Shown here in pieces: positions 36,937 to 47,608 of a stretch of 64,000 nucleotides of DNA. Below the pieces are notes generated by a model, which worked only from the letters and a program-made list of their open reading frames with translations, did not search any database and had not been told where the DNA came from. The position numbers were made by a program, and so were the translations under genes. Source of the stretch: Bacillota bacterium (GTDB lineage Bacteria > Bacillota > Clostridia > Christensenellales > DTU072); NCBI GenBank assembly GCA_023394875.1, contig JAEXAB010000003.1:624602-688601 (forward strand), given 5' to 3'. Position 1 is the stretch's first letter. Each line of letters opens with the position of its first letter.

Positions 36937-37854
36937 ATGAATAATACCGATAGAGCAATATTTATCATAAAAAATAGGCATACTGAGGCGTTGCTTGAAA
37001 GAGAAAAACAGCTCGCTTCTCTGCGTCAAGATAAAAATTTTTGCGCGTTGGAAAATTCTTTGGATGTATTAAAGTGGGAATTAGCCAAAAACATAGCTTT
37101 TGACAAGCCTGTCGATGCTTTGCAAAAAGATATAGCCGAAAAGGAAGAAGAAATAGCCGACTATTTGGCAAAAAAGTCATTAAAAATTAATATACTGGAA
37201 GAATATTTTCTTTGTCCGATTTGTAAAGACAGCGGGAATATTAACGGAAAACTCTGCGCTTGCACCGAAAAAGAACGGATTAATCTAGAGTTGGAAGAAA
37301 ACCCTCAATTAAAAAACGTACCTGAAACGCTGGAAAACATCAATTTTTCTTTTTACAAAAACTTAGGTAAAAACTATAAAAAATACGTCGATTTTATGAA
37401 AAAAACTTTCCTTGAGGGCGATAAAAGCTTCCTTATAATTTCGGGTGGGGCGGGAGTAGGCAAAACTTATCTGGCTTATACCGCCTTGAAAGAGGCTTTG
37501 TTCAATGGCAAGTCGGTAAAAATACTGGATTCTATTAAGCTAAATAAAAAGTTCTTGGAATATCACTGCGCCGCCCTTTCCGACAAGCACTGTATTTGGG
37601 AAGAAATATGTGAAAGCGACGTACTGTTAATTGACGACCTTGGCGCCGAACAGTTATTTAACAACGTAACTTTGCCGTATTTATACGAACTTATGGTGGA
37701 CAGAATGGACAAAAAAACCATATTTACCACTAATCTTGATTTCGCCAATCTGGAGACAAAATACGGACAAAGGCTTTTTAGTCGCTTTTGCGATATAAGA
37801 AATTCGGTATTTCTGCCCATATCTGCGCCCGATTTACGCTTAATGCAGCAATAA
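36937..37854 (+). CDS. dnaI: helicase loader DnaI/DnaC-family ATPase
   Basis: 305 aa. It has the zinc module CPICKDSGNINGKLCAC, Walker A GGAGVGKTY and Walker B LLIDDLG. Confidence 0.8.
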   Translation: MNNTDRAIFIIKNRHTEALLEREKQLASLRQDKNFCALENSLDVLKWELAKNIAFDKPVDALQKDIAEKEEEIADYLAKKSLKINILEEYFLCPICKDSGNINGKLCACTEKERINLELEENPQLKNVPETLENINFSFYKNLGKNYKKYVDFMKKTFLEGDKSFLIISGGAGVGKTYLAYTALKEALFNGKSVKILDSIKLNKKFLEYHCAALSDKHCIWEEICESDVLLIDDLGAEQLFNNVTLPYLYELMVDRMDKKTIFTTNLDFANLETKYGQRLFSRFCDIRNSVFLPISAPDLRLMQQ

Positions 37855-37927
37855 CCGCAATTTAGTTGCATTTTGAATTGCTCCAAAGTATAATAAATAT
37901 GTTAAAAAAATGTTTATGGGAGGAAAA

Positions 37928-38461
37928 ATGAACATTGTTGACATAAGTACGATAGTCGTATTGATACTTGCCTTGATTGTAGGTTTGGCAAGAGGCTTCG
38001 GTAAAAGTCTAAAAACCTTTACAAAAGGCGTTTTCGGTATAATTATTTCGGTTTTCGTCTGTATTTCCTTTGGTGGAATGATCAGCAATCTGAATTTCGT
38101 AGGCAATTTTATCGCCAAAGTCAATCAAGCTATATCCGGTTTTAGCGAAATGTTGGGCAACCTCAAATTAGGTATTTGGGTTTATTATATCGTTTTGTTC
38201 TTTATTATCCAAATTTTGCGTATTTTGGTTGTCAAAGTTATTGTGGACTTGTTTGAAAAAGATAACGCTGTTATGAAATTTATCAATAAGTTTTTGGGCG
38301 CGGCTTTCTCCCCTGCCGCTGTCTGCATGTTCATTCTGTTGATACTTGCGGCGTTAAAAATATTCGAAAATCTATCTTTTGTACAGAATATACTAACCAA
38401 ACTGGACGGAAGCTTCCTACTCAAAGTATATGCCAATAACCCGATAACGCTAGCGTTATAA
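37928..38461 (+). CDS. cvpA: CvpA-family membrane protein
   Basis: ORF 37910..38461. The ATG at 37928 is preceded by GGAGG. It has 4 TM helices, the size and topology of the colicin V production protein family. Confidence 0.55.
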   Translation: MNIVDISTIVVLILALIVGLARGFGKSLKTFTKGVFGIIISVFVCISFGGMISNLNFVGNFIAKVNQAISGFSEMLGNLKLGIWVYYIVLFFIIQILRILVVKVIVDLFEKDNAVMKFINKFLGAAFSPAAVCMFILLILAALKIFENLSFVQNILTKLDGSFLLKVYANNPITLAL

Positions 38462-38729
38462 TGTCCTTTCTATTCTTAATCAAAACAAAAATAATATTCG
38501 GAGAAGACGCTGTTGATAAAACATTAACTGCAGGAAAATCCGAATATTGCTATTTTTAGCACAAGTATTTGATTTATTGAAACTACAAAATAGGCTCCCT
38601 ATTGTTTGCGGTATGGGAACCGTAAATAAGGTTACTGTGCAAAAAAATGAAACAGCAATATTACTACGGCAGTTTTGCCGCTAGCTAAAATAGTGGTTAA
38701 TAACCTTATAGCAAACGGAGATAAACAAG

Positions 38730-39560
38730 ATGAAAAAAATATTTTCACTGGAAACGTTCCCCCCGAAAAAGGATGACGGAATAGAGACTATTTATTATCC
38801 TTTGGCGGGGCTTGCTATGCTTAAGCCAGATTTTATCAGCGTAACTTACGGCGCCAACGGGGGCAGAAAGGCTCTTACCGACGAAGTATGCGATTTTATA
38901 AAAAACGGTTATAAAATAGAGAGTGTAGCCCACCTTACTTGCGTTGGAAGCTCCAAAGAAACTATTTTTGCTCTCCTTGAAAATCTAAAAAACAAAAATA
39001 TAACTTCCATTCTTGCCCTGCGCGGCGATCTCAAAGAGGAAACAAACCTTACCGACTATAAATACGCCACCGACCTTATTAAAGATATAGTATCTTTCGG
39101 CGGTTTTAACGTTCTTGCCGCTTGCTATCCCGAAGGACACGTGGAGAGTTCTTTTATCGAACAGGATTTGTCGGTAATGACTATGAAAAACGATTTAGGG
39201 GTAAGCCGCTTTTTGAGCCAGTTGTTTTTTGACAATGCTGATTTTTATAACCTCAACGAACAGGCAAAAACAAGGGGCATAACAGCTCCCATTTCGGCAG
39301 GAATTATGCCTATAACCAACGCAAAACAGATTGTAAGAATGGTTCAGATGAGCGGAGCCAAAATCCCTCCTTCGGTGTCGAAAATGATTTCCGCTTACGA
39401 AAACGACCCGGACAGCCTACGCAAGGCGGGACTTGACTATTCTATTACGCAAATAAGAGATTTGTTAGCAAACGGCGTTGACGGTATTCATCTTTACACT
39501 ATGAACAACGTAACCACCGCCACCACAATTTATGAGGGAATAAGGGACTTGTTGGAGTGA
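38730..39560 (+). CDS. metF: methylenetetrahydrofolate reductase
   Basis: 276 aa. It has FSLETFPPK, ISVTYGANGG, AHLTCVG and ALRGD blocks. Confidence 0.9.
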   Translation: MKKIFSLETFPPKKDDGIETIYYPLAGLAMLKPDFISVTYGANGGRKALTDEVCDFIKNGYKIESVAHLTCVGSSKETIFALLENLKNKNITSILALRGDLKEETNLTDYKYATDLIKDIVSFGGFNVLAACYPEGHVESSFIEQDLSVMTMKNDLGVSRFLSQLFFDNADFYNLNEQAKTRGITAPISAGIMPITNAKQIVRMVQMSGAKIPPSVSKMISAYENDPDSLRKAGLDYSITQIRDLLANGVDGIHLYTMNNVTTATTIYEGIRDLLE

Positions 39561-40123
39561 ACAGCGACATAAAAGAGGTAGGGAGATACCTACGTATTCC
39601 TATAAATAATCTGCCCGAACAAACCAAAGCGACTATAGAGGAGATGCTGAAAATTTCTAACGGTCTTTCTCCCCAAAAAAGAGTGGCTTTTTTTGATGTC
39701 GAAAAGTCGGAAAGTGGCATAAAGCTATTGGGAACCAACCTTATTTTGGAAGGTAATCTAATTAATAAGCACTTTTTCGGTTGCAAAAAAATTATTGTAA
39801 TTTTGGCGACTTTAGGCATGAAAAGTGAACTTCTACTTAAAGAATATTTTGCCAAAAACGCCGAAAAAGCAGTGGTTTTGGACGCTTGTTTTACTTTTGA
39901 GATAGAAAAATATCTTGACGAAGCCGAAGAGGAAATAAAAAATAAGGGTTTTGATATTACTTCTAGGATAAGCTGCGGCTACGGAGATTTGCAACTTAAT
40001 TACCAAGAAGACTTATTGGAACTAGTGGACGGCAAAAAAATAGGGGTTTTTCAAAACGAAAGCTATATGCTTACGCCGAATAAATCGGTAATAGCTCTTA
40101 TAGGGGTGAAAGATGAAGCTTAG
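39557..40123 (+). CDS. stand-alone methionine synthase activation (reactivation) domain protein
   Basis: 188 aa. It overlaps metF by 4 nt and metH by 11 nt. The C-terminal block SCGYGDLQLNYQEDLLELV..MLTPNKSV is typical of the MetH activation domain. Confidence 0.7.
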   Translation: MNSDIKEVGRYLRIPINNLPEQTKATIEEMLKISNGLSPQKRVAFFDVEKSESGIKLLGTNLILEGNLINKHFFGCKKIIVILATLGMKSELLLKEYFAKNAEKAVVLDACFTFEIEKYLDEAEEEIKNKGFDITSRISCGYGDLQLNYQEDLLELVDGKKIGVFQNESYMLTPNKSVIALIGVKDEA

Positions 40124-42461
40124 TGAATTAATAAGGTCAAAAAGAATATTTTTAGACGGCGGAATGGGTAGCTCTCTTATAAAACTAGGCTACTCTACCC
40201 GCCACGGCGAAATTTTTAACATAGAAAAACCCGAAGTTATTAAGAAAATTATTACCGGATATTTGCAAGCGGGCAGCGATATCGTACTGACTAACACTTT
40301 TAACGCCAACTCAAAAAAAGCCGATTTAAGTAAATACAACTTAGAAGAAATCATTACTTCGGCAATAAAAATAGCCAAAGAATGCATTAATAATAATCAA
40401 TACGTATTATACGACTGCGGGCCCAGCGGAGAATTAATGGCGCCCTACGGCAACACTTCTTTTGAGGAAGCCTACGTTATCTTTGCAGAGCAAGCAAAAA
40501 TAGTCAATAACAGCGGTGTGGACGGGGTTATTATCGAAACTTTTACCGATTTGCAGGAACTGCGCGCCGCAATACTTGCTTTCAAAGAAAATACAAACTT
40601 GCCCATTTTTTGCAGTATGAGCTTTGAGAAAAACGGCAGAACCTTTTTCGGCGTGGGGGTGGAAAGTTTCGCCTTGACCGCCCAAGGACTCAACGTCGAT
40701 GCAATCGGCATTAACTGCGGCACAGGGCCTGAAGAAATGTATGATAATATAGCGAAACTAATTGAATTTACCCGCGTGCCGGTTTACGCCAAAGCTAACG
40801 CCGGAATGCCAAAATACGTTAACGGCGAAACGGTCTATTCCTTAGATGCCGAAAACTTTTCTTATTATATGCAAAAAATAGCCTCATTAGGGGTGAATAT
40901 CTTAGGTGGTTGCTGCGGAACGGACAGTAATTATATTGCCTTAACCAAAAAAGCAACGGAATCACTTCCATATAAAATTTTTGAAAACAATATTGACGCC
41001 GTTTGCTCTTACGCAAAAACCGTTAATTTTGGTAACGACACCACCCTTTTAATCGGAGAAAGAGTTAACCCCACGAATAAGCCGCTGTTAAAAGAAGCTA
41101 TCAAAAACGACGATTATAACTATATCCTTTCCATGTGCCTTAGTCAGATGACGCAGGGCGCCGACATTCTTGACATTAACGTAGGAATGGCAGGTATTGA
41201 CGAAGTTGAAAAACTGAAAAACACCGTTGCTTACGTTCAGGGCGTAGCCGACGTTCCTTTATGTATTGACACAAGCAAACTTCCCGCGCTGAAAGAAGCT
41301 TTGAGAATTACCAACGGAATTTGCATAATTAATTCTGTCAACGGCGAAGAGTCGGTTATGGAAAATATCTTTCCTCTGGCAAAGAAATACGGTAGCTATA
41401 TGATTGCCCTTTGTTTAGACAATAACGGTATTCCCGACAGCGTGGACGGCAGATTAGCTATAGCCGAAAGGATAATTAATAAAGCTAAAACTTACGGCAT
41501 CGACAAATCAAAGTTCTTGTTCGACCCTCTTACTTTGGCGGTAAGCGTTAACAAAGATAATGCCATAATAACTTTGGAAACTATTAAGGAGCTGAAAAAT
41601 AAATTCGGCGTAAAGACTACTTTGGGGCTCTCAAACATAAGTTTCGGTTTGCCAAACAGAGAAAACATAAACGCAACGTTTTTTGAACTGGTTAAACGTT
41701 ACAAGTCTGATACGGCTATAATAAATCCCGCCACCCAACCAAGTTTAGATAGCTTTGCTTATAACTTACTCCTTGGCAAGGACAAAAACTGCGAAGAATA
41801 TATAGCCAACAACACCGTTCAAGAAGCTACCCCATTAAACGTAGATACGGTCTATGAAATATCCTATTGCATAGAAAAAGGCTACACCAACGAAGGTATG
41901 CTTGCCCTAAAACAAAAGGTAAATCAAGATAACTTTGCCGAAATTATCGATAAAGACATAATAGGCGGACTTAATACCCTTGGTTACGCCTACGAAAAAG
42001 GAACGGCGTTTTTGCCTCAACTCATGGCGGGGAGCGAAACGGCAAAGGCAATGCTTGATTATATAAAATCCAAGTTTATTTCTGCAAACGAACAAAACCC
42101 GAAAGCCACAATTGTTATTGCCACCGTAAAAGGCGACGTTCACGATATAGGAAAGAACATAGTAAAAGCTGTTGTGGCAAATTACGGCTACCGCATAATA
42201 GATTTAGGCAAGGATATCCCTACCGAAATAATACTTGAGGCTATAGAAAAATACAAACCGCAGATTCTTGCTCTTTCCGCTCTTATGACTACCACCCTTG
42301 ACAATATGACAAGCACGATAAACGCCGTAAAAACAGTTTATCCCGATATTGTAATAATGGTAGGCGGGGCTGTGGTGAGTACCGATTATGCCGAAGCCTT
42401 AAAGGTAAATTATTCTCCCAACGCGCAGGAGTTCGTAAAAAAATTACAACACTTGTTATAA
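40113..42461 (+). CDS. metH: cobalamin-dependent methionine synthase lacking the activation domain
   Basis: 782 aa. The Hcy-binding domain has GGMGS and GGCCGT. A pterin-binding domain follows (ERVNPT). The B12 cap and Rossmann domain carry GDVHDIGKNIV (DxHxxG) and LSALMTTT. Confidence 0.9.
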   Translation: MKLSELIRSKRIFLDGGMGSSLIKLGYSTRHGEIFNIEKPEVIKKIITGYLQAGSDIVLTNTFNANSKKADLSKYNLEEIITSAIKIAKECINNNQYVLYDCGPSGELMAPYGNTSFEEAYVIFAEQAKIVNNSGVDGVIIETFTDLQELRAAILAFKENTNLPIFCSMSFEKNGRTFFGVGVESFALTAQGLNVDAIGINCGTGPEEMYDNIAKLIEFTRVPVYAKANAGMPKYVNGETVYSLDAENFSYYMQKIASLGVNILGGCCGTDSNYIALTKKATESLPYKIFENNIDAVCSYAKTVNFGNDTTLLIGERVNPTNKPLLKEAIKNDDYNYILSMCLSQMTQGADILDINVGMAGIDEVEKLKNTVAYVQGVADVPLCIDTSKLPALKEALRITNGICIINSVNGEESVMENIFPLAKKYGSYMIALCLDNNGIPDSVDGRLAIAERIINKAKTYGIDKSKFLFDPLTLAVSVNKDNAIITLETIKELKNKFGVKTTLGLSNISFGLPNRENINATFFELVKRYKSDTAIINPATQPSLDSFAYNLLLGKDKNCEEYIANNTVQEATPLNVDTVYEISYCIEKGYTNEGMLALKQKVNQDNFAEIIDKDIIGGLNTLGYAYEKGTAFLPQLMAGSETAKAMLDYIKSKFISANEQNPKATIVIATVKGDVHDIGKNIVKAVVANYGYRIIDLGKDIPTEIILEAIEKYKPQILALSALMTTTLDNMTSTINAVKTVYPDIVIMVGGAVVSTDYAEALKVNYSPNAQEFVKKLQHLL

Positions 42462-42518
42462 CGCTTTATTTTCATAAGCGGTAACGCTATAATATATGTA
42501 ATAATTTTGAGGTGATAC

Positions 42519-43043
42519 ATGGCAAGAATAAGTCTGACCGATTATGACAAAGCCTCGCTAGAGGTAAAAAAAGAATACGACGACCAAATATCAAAGCACG
42601 GGCGTATTACCAATATGAAAAGAACTTTACTTCATTCGGTGCCTGCCTTTAAGGTACTTATGGATTGGTATCCTCTGCGCGATGAGGTTGTAAAAGTTGT
42701 GGGAGAGTTTGCCACAAACGTATATGCTTACTCAATCAGCTATGATAACCATTGTCTGATTTGTTCCACTTTCTTCCGCAAAATTCTGCGCGACAACGGA
42801 CATGATCCCGACAATCTCAATTTAGGGGAAACCGAAGAATTATTAATGGAATACGGCAAAGCCTGCGTTGACCAACCTACCTTTGTCAGCGACGAACTTT
42901 TTGCCCGCATGAGAAAACGTTTTAATGAGGAACAAATAGTCCTTCTTACCGCCTTTGCCGGTATGATGATAGCGACTAACCTTATCAACAACGCGCTCGA
43001 CGTGGATTTGGACGATTATCTTGATCTTTACACCAAAAAATAG
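42519..43043 (+). CDS. carboxymuconolactone decarboxylase / AhpD-like family protein
   Basis: 174 aa. The all-helical sequence has a CLIC motif, as in AhpD-like CxxC proteins. The assignment is tentative. Confidence 0.5.
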   Translation: MARISLTDYDKASLEVKKEYDDQISKHGRITNMKRTLLHSVPAFKVLMDWYPLRDEVVKVVGEFATNVYAYSISYDNHCLICSTFFRKILRDNGHDPDNLNLGETEELLMEYGKACVDQPTFVSDELFARMRKRFNEEQIVLLTAFAGMMIATNLINNALDVDLDDYLDLYTKK

Positions 43044-43051
43044 GAGTGTTT

Positions 43052-43855
43052 ATGTATAATTTCAAAAATAAAACTGTATTTATAACCGGGGCGGCAAAAG
43101 GACAAGGAAGGGCCGTTGCCCTCGCTTTTGCCAAAGAAGGCGCGAATATAATCGCCTTTGACCTAGCTCAAAAACTTTCATATCCGTGCTATAACGAATG
43201 CGGACTGCAAGGCTTAGAATGCCTCAAAAATGAAGTGGAAGCCTTGGGAAGCAAGGCAGTAATCGCTTTCGGGGACGTACGTAATGCCAAAGACGTGGAA
43301 AACGCAGTCAATTTAGGGGTGGAAGCTTTTGGCGGAATTGATTATCTTTTTAACAATGCAGGCATCTGCGCTTACGGATTGTCGCATGAACTAAGCGAAG
43401 AAGAATGGGACAGCATGATAGATATAAACTTAAAAGGCAGTTGGCTTGTCGGTAAATACGTCATCCCGGTAATGCGTAAAGCAAAAAGCGGCGTTATTAT
43501 CAATAATTCTTCGGTTGGCGGGCTTAGAGGAATGAACCGCCTCTCTCACTACGCTGCAAGCAAATGGGCGCTTGTTGGTTTAACTAAATCTTGGGCTTTG
43601 GAAAATTCCGCTTACAATATCCGCGTTATTAGCATTCACCCGACCGGAGTAAACACCCCGATGAACGACGGTTTAGCTTTTATGGAAGGCACCACTCCTA
43701 AAGAAATCGCCGAAAGAAGCGCGGGCAACCTTCTTCCAGTACCTTGGATAGAACCCGAAGACGTAGCCGATTCGGTATTGTTCCTGTGCAGCGACAAAGC
43801 CAAATACGTGACGGGCAGTCAGTACGTACTTGACGCCGGACTACTAACAAGATAA
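43052..43855 (+). CDS. short-chain dehydrogenase/reductase
   Basis: The ATG at 43052 is preceded by AGGAG. It has TGAAKGQG (TGxxxGxG), NNAG and the S..YAASK catalytic triad. Confidence 0.9.
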   Translation: MYNFKNKTVFITGAAKGQGRAVALAFAKEGANIIAFDLAQKLSYPCYNECGLQGLECLKNEVEALGSKAVIAFGDVRNAKDVENAVNLGVEAFGGIDYLFNNAGICAYGLSHELSEEEWDSMIDINLKGSWLVGKYVIPVMRKAKSGVIINNSSVGGLRGMNRLSHYAASKWALVGLTKSWALENSAYNIRVISIHPTGVNTPMNDGLAFMEGTTPKEIAERSAGNLLPVPWIEPEDVADSVLFLCSDKAKYVTGSQYVLDAGLLTR

Positions 43856-43860
43856 TAAAA

Positions 43861-43880
43861 AAACCGCCGTAAGGCGGTTT
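43861..43880. terminator. bidirectional terminator
   Basis: AAACCGCC-GTAA-GGCGGTTT, flanked by an A-run and a T-rich tract. Confidence 0.8.
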
Positions 43881-43886
43881 AATTTT

Positions 43887-44690
43887 CTATAAAATAGAAT
43901 GCATGTAGGAAATGTAATAAGGTAGCACCCAGCCGGGCTCTTCCAGATTTATATTCCAGCGGCGCACCCACTCTAAAGTAAGATAGCCGTTATATCCGAT
44001 TTTCTGCAAGCCCGAAACAGCTTCTTTAATGGGTAAATCGCCTTTGCCTACCAGTTTGTACACAGTATGTCCGTTTTCTTCGATACTGTCCTTAATATGA
44101 ACGTATTTGATATACTTTCCGATGTTGCTAATAGTTTGGTCGGCTGTTTCTTTGTTGTATCTTACGGGGTGGTTGATATCCCATAGGGCGCCGATATTGT
44201 CTTCTTTGGTATCTTCCAAAAAGTTTTTCAACACCGCGGTGTCCGAAAAAATACCGTTAGTTTCCATAATGGGAGTTACTCCCTTGTTTTGACCGTATTT
44301 TGCAAGCTCTTTATAAACCCTTTTGGCTTGGTTTACGTCGCAGTCGTCTCTCTGGGGATTGCCTGTAGGCATAACTCTGACGTATTTAACACTCAGCTTT
44401 GCGGCAAGGTCAATATAGTCTTTACCTTCGTTAAGAGCTTTTTCTTCTTCGCCGTAGGCACCTAAGCATGCGCCGCTAGCCAAGCAGGAAATTTCTATAT
44501 TGGCAGCATTAAAGGTCTTTTTTGTGGCTTCGATTTGCTCGTCGGAAAACATTGCCATGGACGGGGCGTACAAGTCTTTGCCAATACCTCTTATTTCTAT
44601 TCCGTTATATCCTAAGTCTTTTGCCGCCGAAAAGATTTCGCGGTAAAAATCCCACTCGGGACAAGCAATTGTAGAAAAGGATAGTTTCAT
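43887..44690 (-). CDS. sugar phosphate isomerase/epimerase (xylose-isomerase-like TIM barrel)
   Basis: 267 aa. GYNGIEIRG, the VRVMP.., ..METNG.. and ..WDINH.. blocks, and TLEW at the C-terminal strand are present. Confidence 0.7.
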   Translation of the reverse strand: MKLSFSTIACPEWDFYREIFSAAKDLGYNGIEIRGIGKDLYAPSMAMFSDEQIEATKKTFNAANIEISCLASGACLGAYGEEEKALNEGKDYIDLAAKLSVKYVRVMPTGNPQRDDCDVNQAKRVYKELAKYGQNKGVTPIMETNGIFSDTAVLKNFLEDTKEDNIGALWDINHPVRYNKETADQTISNIGKYIKYVHIKDSIEENGHTVYKLVGKGDLPIKEAVSGLQKIGYNGYLTLEWVRRWNINLEEPGWVLPYYISYMHSIL

Positions 44691-44718
44691 TTAATTATTC
44701 CTCCAATTATTGTTTAAT

Positions 44719-46383
44719 TTACGCTGTCTCTATTTCTGCATCGGCGTTTAGATTGTATAACTCTATAGCCTCTTCTCTTAACTTAAACTTCTGAATTTTT
44801 CCGCTTGCCGTAGTCGGAAAAGCCTTCATAAAGCGTACGTACTTGGGTATTTTGTGGCGGGCAACGTTCTTACGGAAAAATTCCTGCACTTCTTCTTCGG
44901 TCATTTCTTCGTTGGGCTTTAATATAATACAAGCCATAACTTCTTCGCCGAAACGCTTACTGGGAACCCCTATTACTTGTACGTCGCTTACCTTCGGGTG
45001 AGTATATAAGAACTCTTCCAATTCTTTGGGATAAATATTCTCTCCGCCTCTTATTATCATATCCTTAATTCTGCCCACAACCTTGTAGTATCCATCCTTG
45101 TCAACGGTGCATAGGTCGCCTGTGTGCAGCCATCCGTCCTTGTCAACGGCTTGTGCGGTTGCTTCGGGCATTTTGTAATAGCCTTTCATTATATTATACC
45201 CTTTCGCGCAGAATTCTCCGGGCTGTTCGGGTCCCAAGGTTTTGCCTGTTTCGGGGTCGATTATTTTGCATTCAACGCCGGCAAAAGCTCTGCCAACGGT
45301 ATTTACTCTATGTTCAATAGTATCGTCTGTCGTAGTCATGGTACAACCGGGAGATGCCTCGGTCTGACCGAAAACGATAACTATATCGCTCATGCCCATT
45401 TCTTCATTAACCTGCCTCATAACCTTTATAGGACAAGGGGAACCAGCCATAATGCCCGTTCTCAAATTGAACTTGAATTTCTTAAAGTCGGGATGCTCTA
45501 ATATGCCGATAAACATAGTAGGCACGCCGTGTAAAGCGGTACATTTTTCGCTCTCAAGCGCCTGCATAACTTTAAGCGCATTATACGTATCTACAGGAAC
45601 CATACTGGAAGCATGGGTAACACAAGCCATAATCGCCAAAGTAAGGCCGAAACAATGGAAGAACGGCACAACGATAAGCAACTTGTCGTCCTTAGTAAAC
45701 TTCATTGAGCTTCCGATAGTGTCGCCGTTGTTAATAATATTATAGTGCGTAAGCATAACGCCTTTCGGGAAACCGGTAGTTCCCGATGTATAAAGTATGC
45801 TCATTATATCTTCGCAAGTTACGCTGTTAGCTACCAAATTATATTCTTCGTCGGATACTTCGGCGCCTAACTCTTTGAGTTTTTGGAAATCCATCATCCC
45901 GTCGGGAGTCTTATCCCCGCCGAAAATAATATTTTTCAAATAAGGGAAGCGCGGGGTATCTATGCGGCCGTCTTTTGCGGTGGTTTTTAATTCGGGACAA
46001 AGCTCATTGATTATTTCTACGTAATCAATGCCCTTAAATCCCTCTGTCATAACCAAAACTTTAGTGTCCGATTGGCGCAGCAAATATTCCAATTCAAAGC
46101 TACGGTAGTTGGTGTTTACAGTAACCAATACGCAGCCGATATTGGTAGCGGCAAAAAGCGTTAAAAACCATTCGGGCACGTTGTTTGCCCAAATTGCGAT
46201 ATGGTCGCCTTTTTTTACTCCTATACGTAGCAGCCCTTTGGAAATAAGTTTGGATTCCTCATAGAGCTCCTTCCAGGTACGGCGGTAATCTCTGTCGGTG
46301 TATTTGACTGCCTCCCTATCGGGATAATCGCAGCTCAAGTCATAAAGTATAGTTCCTAAGGTTTTTTCAATCATATCTCTCAC
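44719..46383 (-). CDS. AMP-forming fatty-acid--CoA ligase
   Basis: 554 aa. It has YTSGTTGFPKGV, FGQTE, HTGD and SGKIQK. Confidence 0.9.
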   Translation of the reverse strand: MRDMIEKTLGTILYDLSCDYPDREAVKYTDRDYRRTWKELYEESKLISKGLLRIGVKKGDHIAIWANNVPEWFLTLFAATNIGCVLVTVNTNYRSFELEYLLRQSDTKVLVMTEGFKGIDYVEIINELCPELKTTAKDGRIDTPRFPYLKNIIFGGDKTPDGMMDFQKLKELGAEVSDEEYNLVANSVTCEDIMSILYTSGTTGFPKGVMLTHYNIINNGDTIGSSMKFTKDDKLLIVVPFFHCFGLTLAIMACVTHASSMVPVDTYNALKVMQALESEKCTALHGVPTMFIGILEHPDFKKFKFNLRTGIMAGSPCPIKVMRQVNEEMGMSDIVIVFGQTEASPGCTMTTTDDTIEHRVNTVGRAFAGVECKIIDPETGKTLGPEQPGEFCAKGYNIMKGYYKMPEATAQAVDKDGWLHTGDLCTVDKDGYYKVVGRIKDMIIRGGENIYPKELEEFLYTHPKVSDVQVIGVPSKRFGEEVMACIILKPNEEMTEEEVQEFFRKNVARHKIPKYVRFMKAFPTTASGKIQKFKLREEAIELYNLNADAEIETA

Positions 46384-46615
46384 TTTCCGATTTTTTATTA
46401 TATTTATTTATTTTATTATATGGGTGATAGTAAATATTGTCAAATAAAACTTAACAAAAGAATTTTTCCAAAAATAATTTTTTGATTGCCAATAAAAACC
46501 ATAAATTTTACGCCTTTTTATATCACAAAATGCCTTTCCTCAACCCTATCTTGCCCATCAATTATTTCTCTTGCAACCACAAAAACCTTTCTTCTCTTCA
46601 TTTATGGTAAATCTC

Positions 46616-46644
46616 TTGACAAAACGCCATTATCTCAATATAAT
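46616..46644 (+). promoter_or_regulatory. consensus sigma-A promoter of the tRNA-Thr locus
   Basis: TTGACA (46616-46621), 17-nt spacer, TATAAT (46639-46644). Confidence 0.75.
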
Positions 46645-46750
46645 AATAGAGCATAAAATGCTGTTGTAGCTCAGCGTAGGGGCGACGCGGGAAAAAGTTG
46701 CCAGTGGCAAGTTTTTAGCCAAAGCCGACAAGAGCTATGCTCGCAGTCCG

Positions 46751-47345
<595 letters not shown>

Positions 47346-47384
47346 GGCTTACCCTTCTATGTTATTCTCTCTTTTTGTAATAGA

Positions 47385-47588
47385 TTAATGAATTATTTCG
47401 TAATCAATTTGTATTCCTTTGTTTGCAACAAAATTACTCAATACATTCTTGATTAATGCTTCGGTCAAGTCGCTATCAACGATGTGTATATATAACTCTT
47501 CCTCCGCCCGGCTGCAAGCAACGTAATACATTCTTGTAAATTCCTCTTCCGGCTTTTCATCTAAAATTTGGGGATAAATACAATACAC
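47385..47588 (-). pseudogene. C-terminal remnant of a UvrD/PcrA-superfamily helicase
   Basis: The 67-aa ORF contains EEEFTRMYYVACSRAEEELYIH (helicase motif VI-like R-x-x-YVA-x-SRA). No upstream helicase body is present, and the frame runs into the oppositely oriented methyltransferase gene. Confidence 0.6.
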
Positions 47589-47608
47589 CAGAATTTAGCA
47601 GCAAATTT

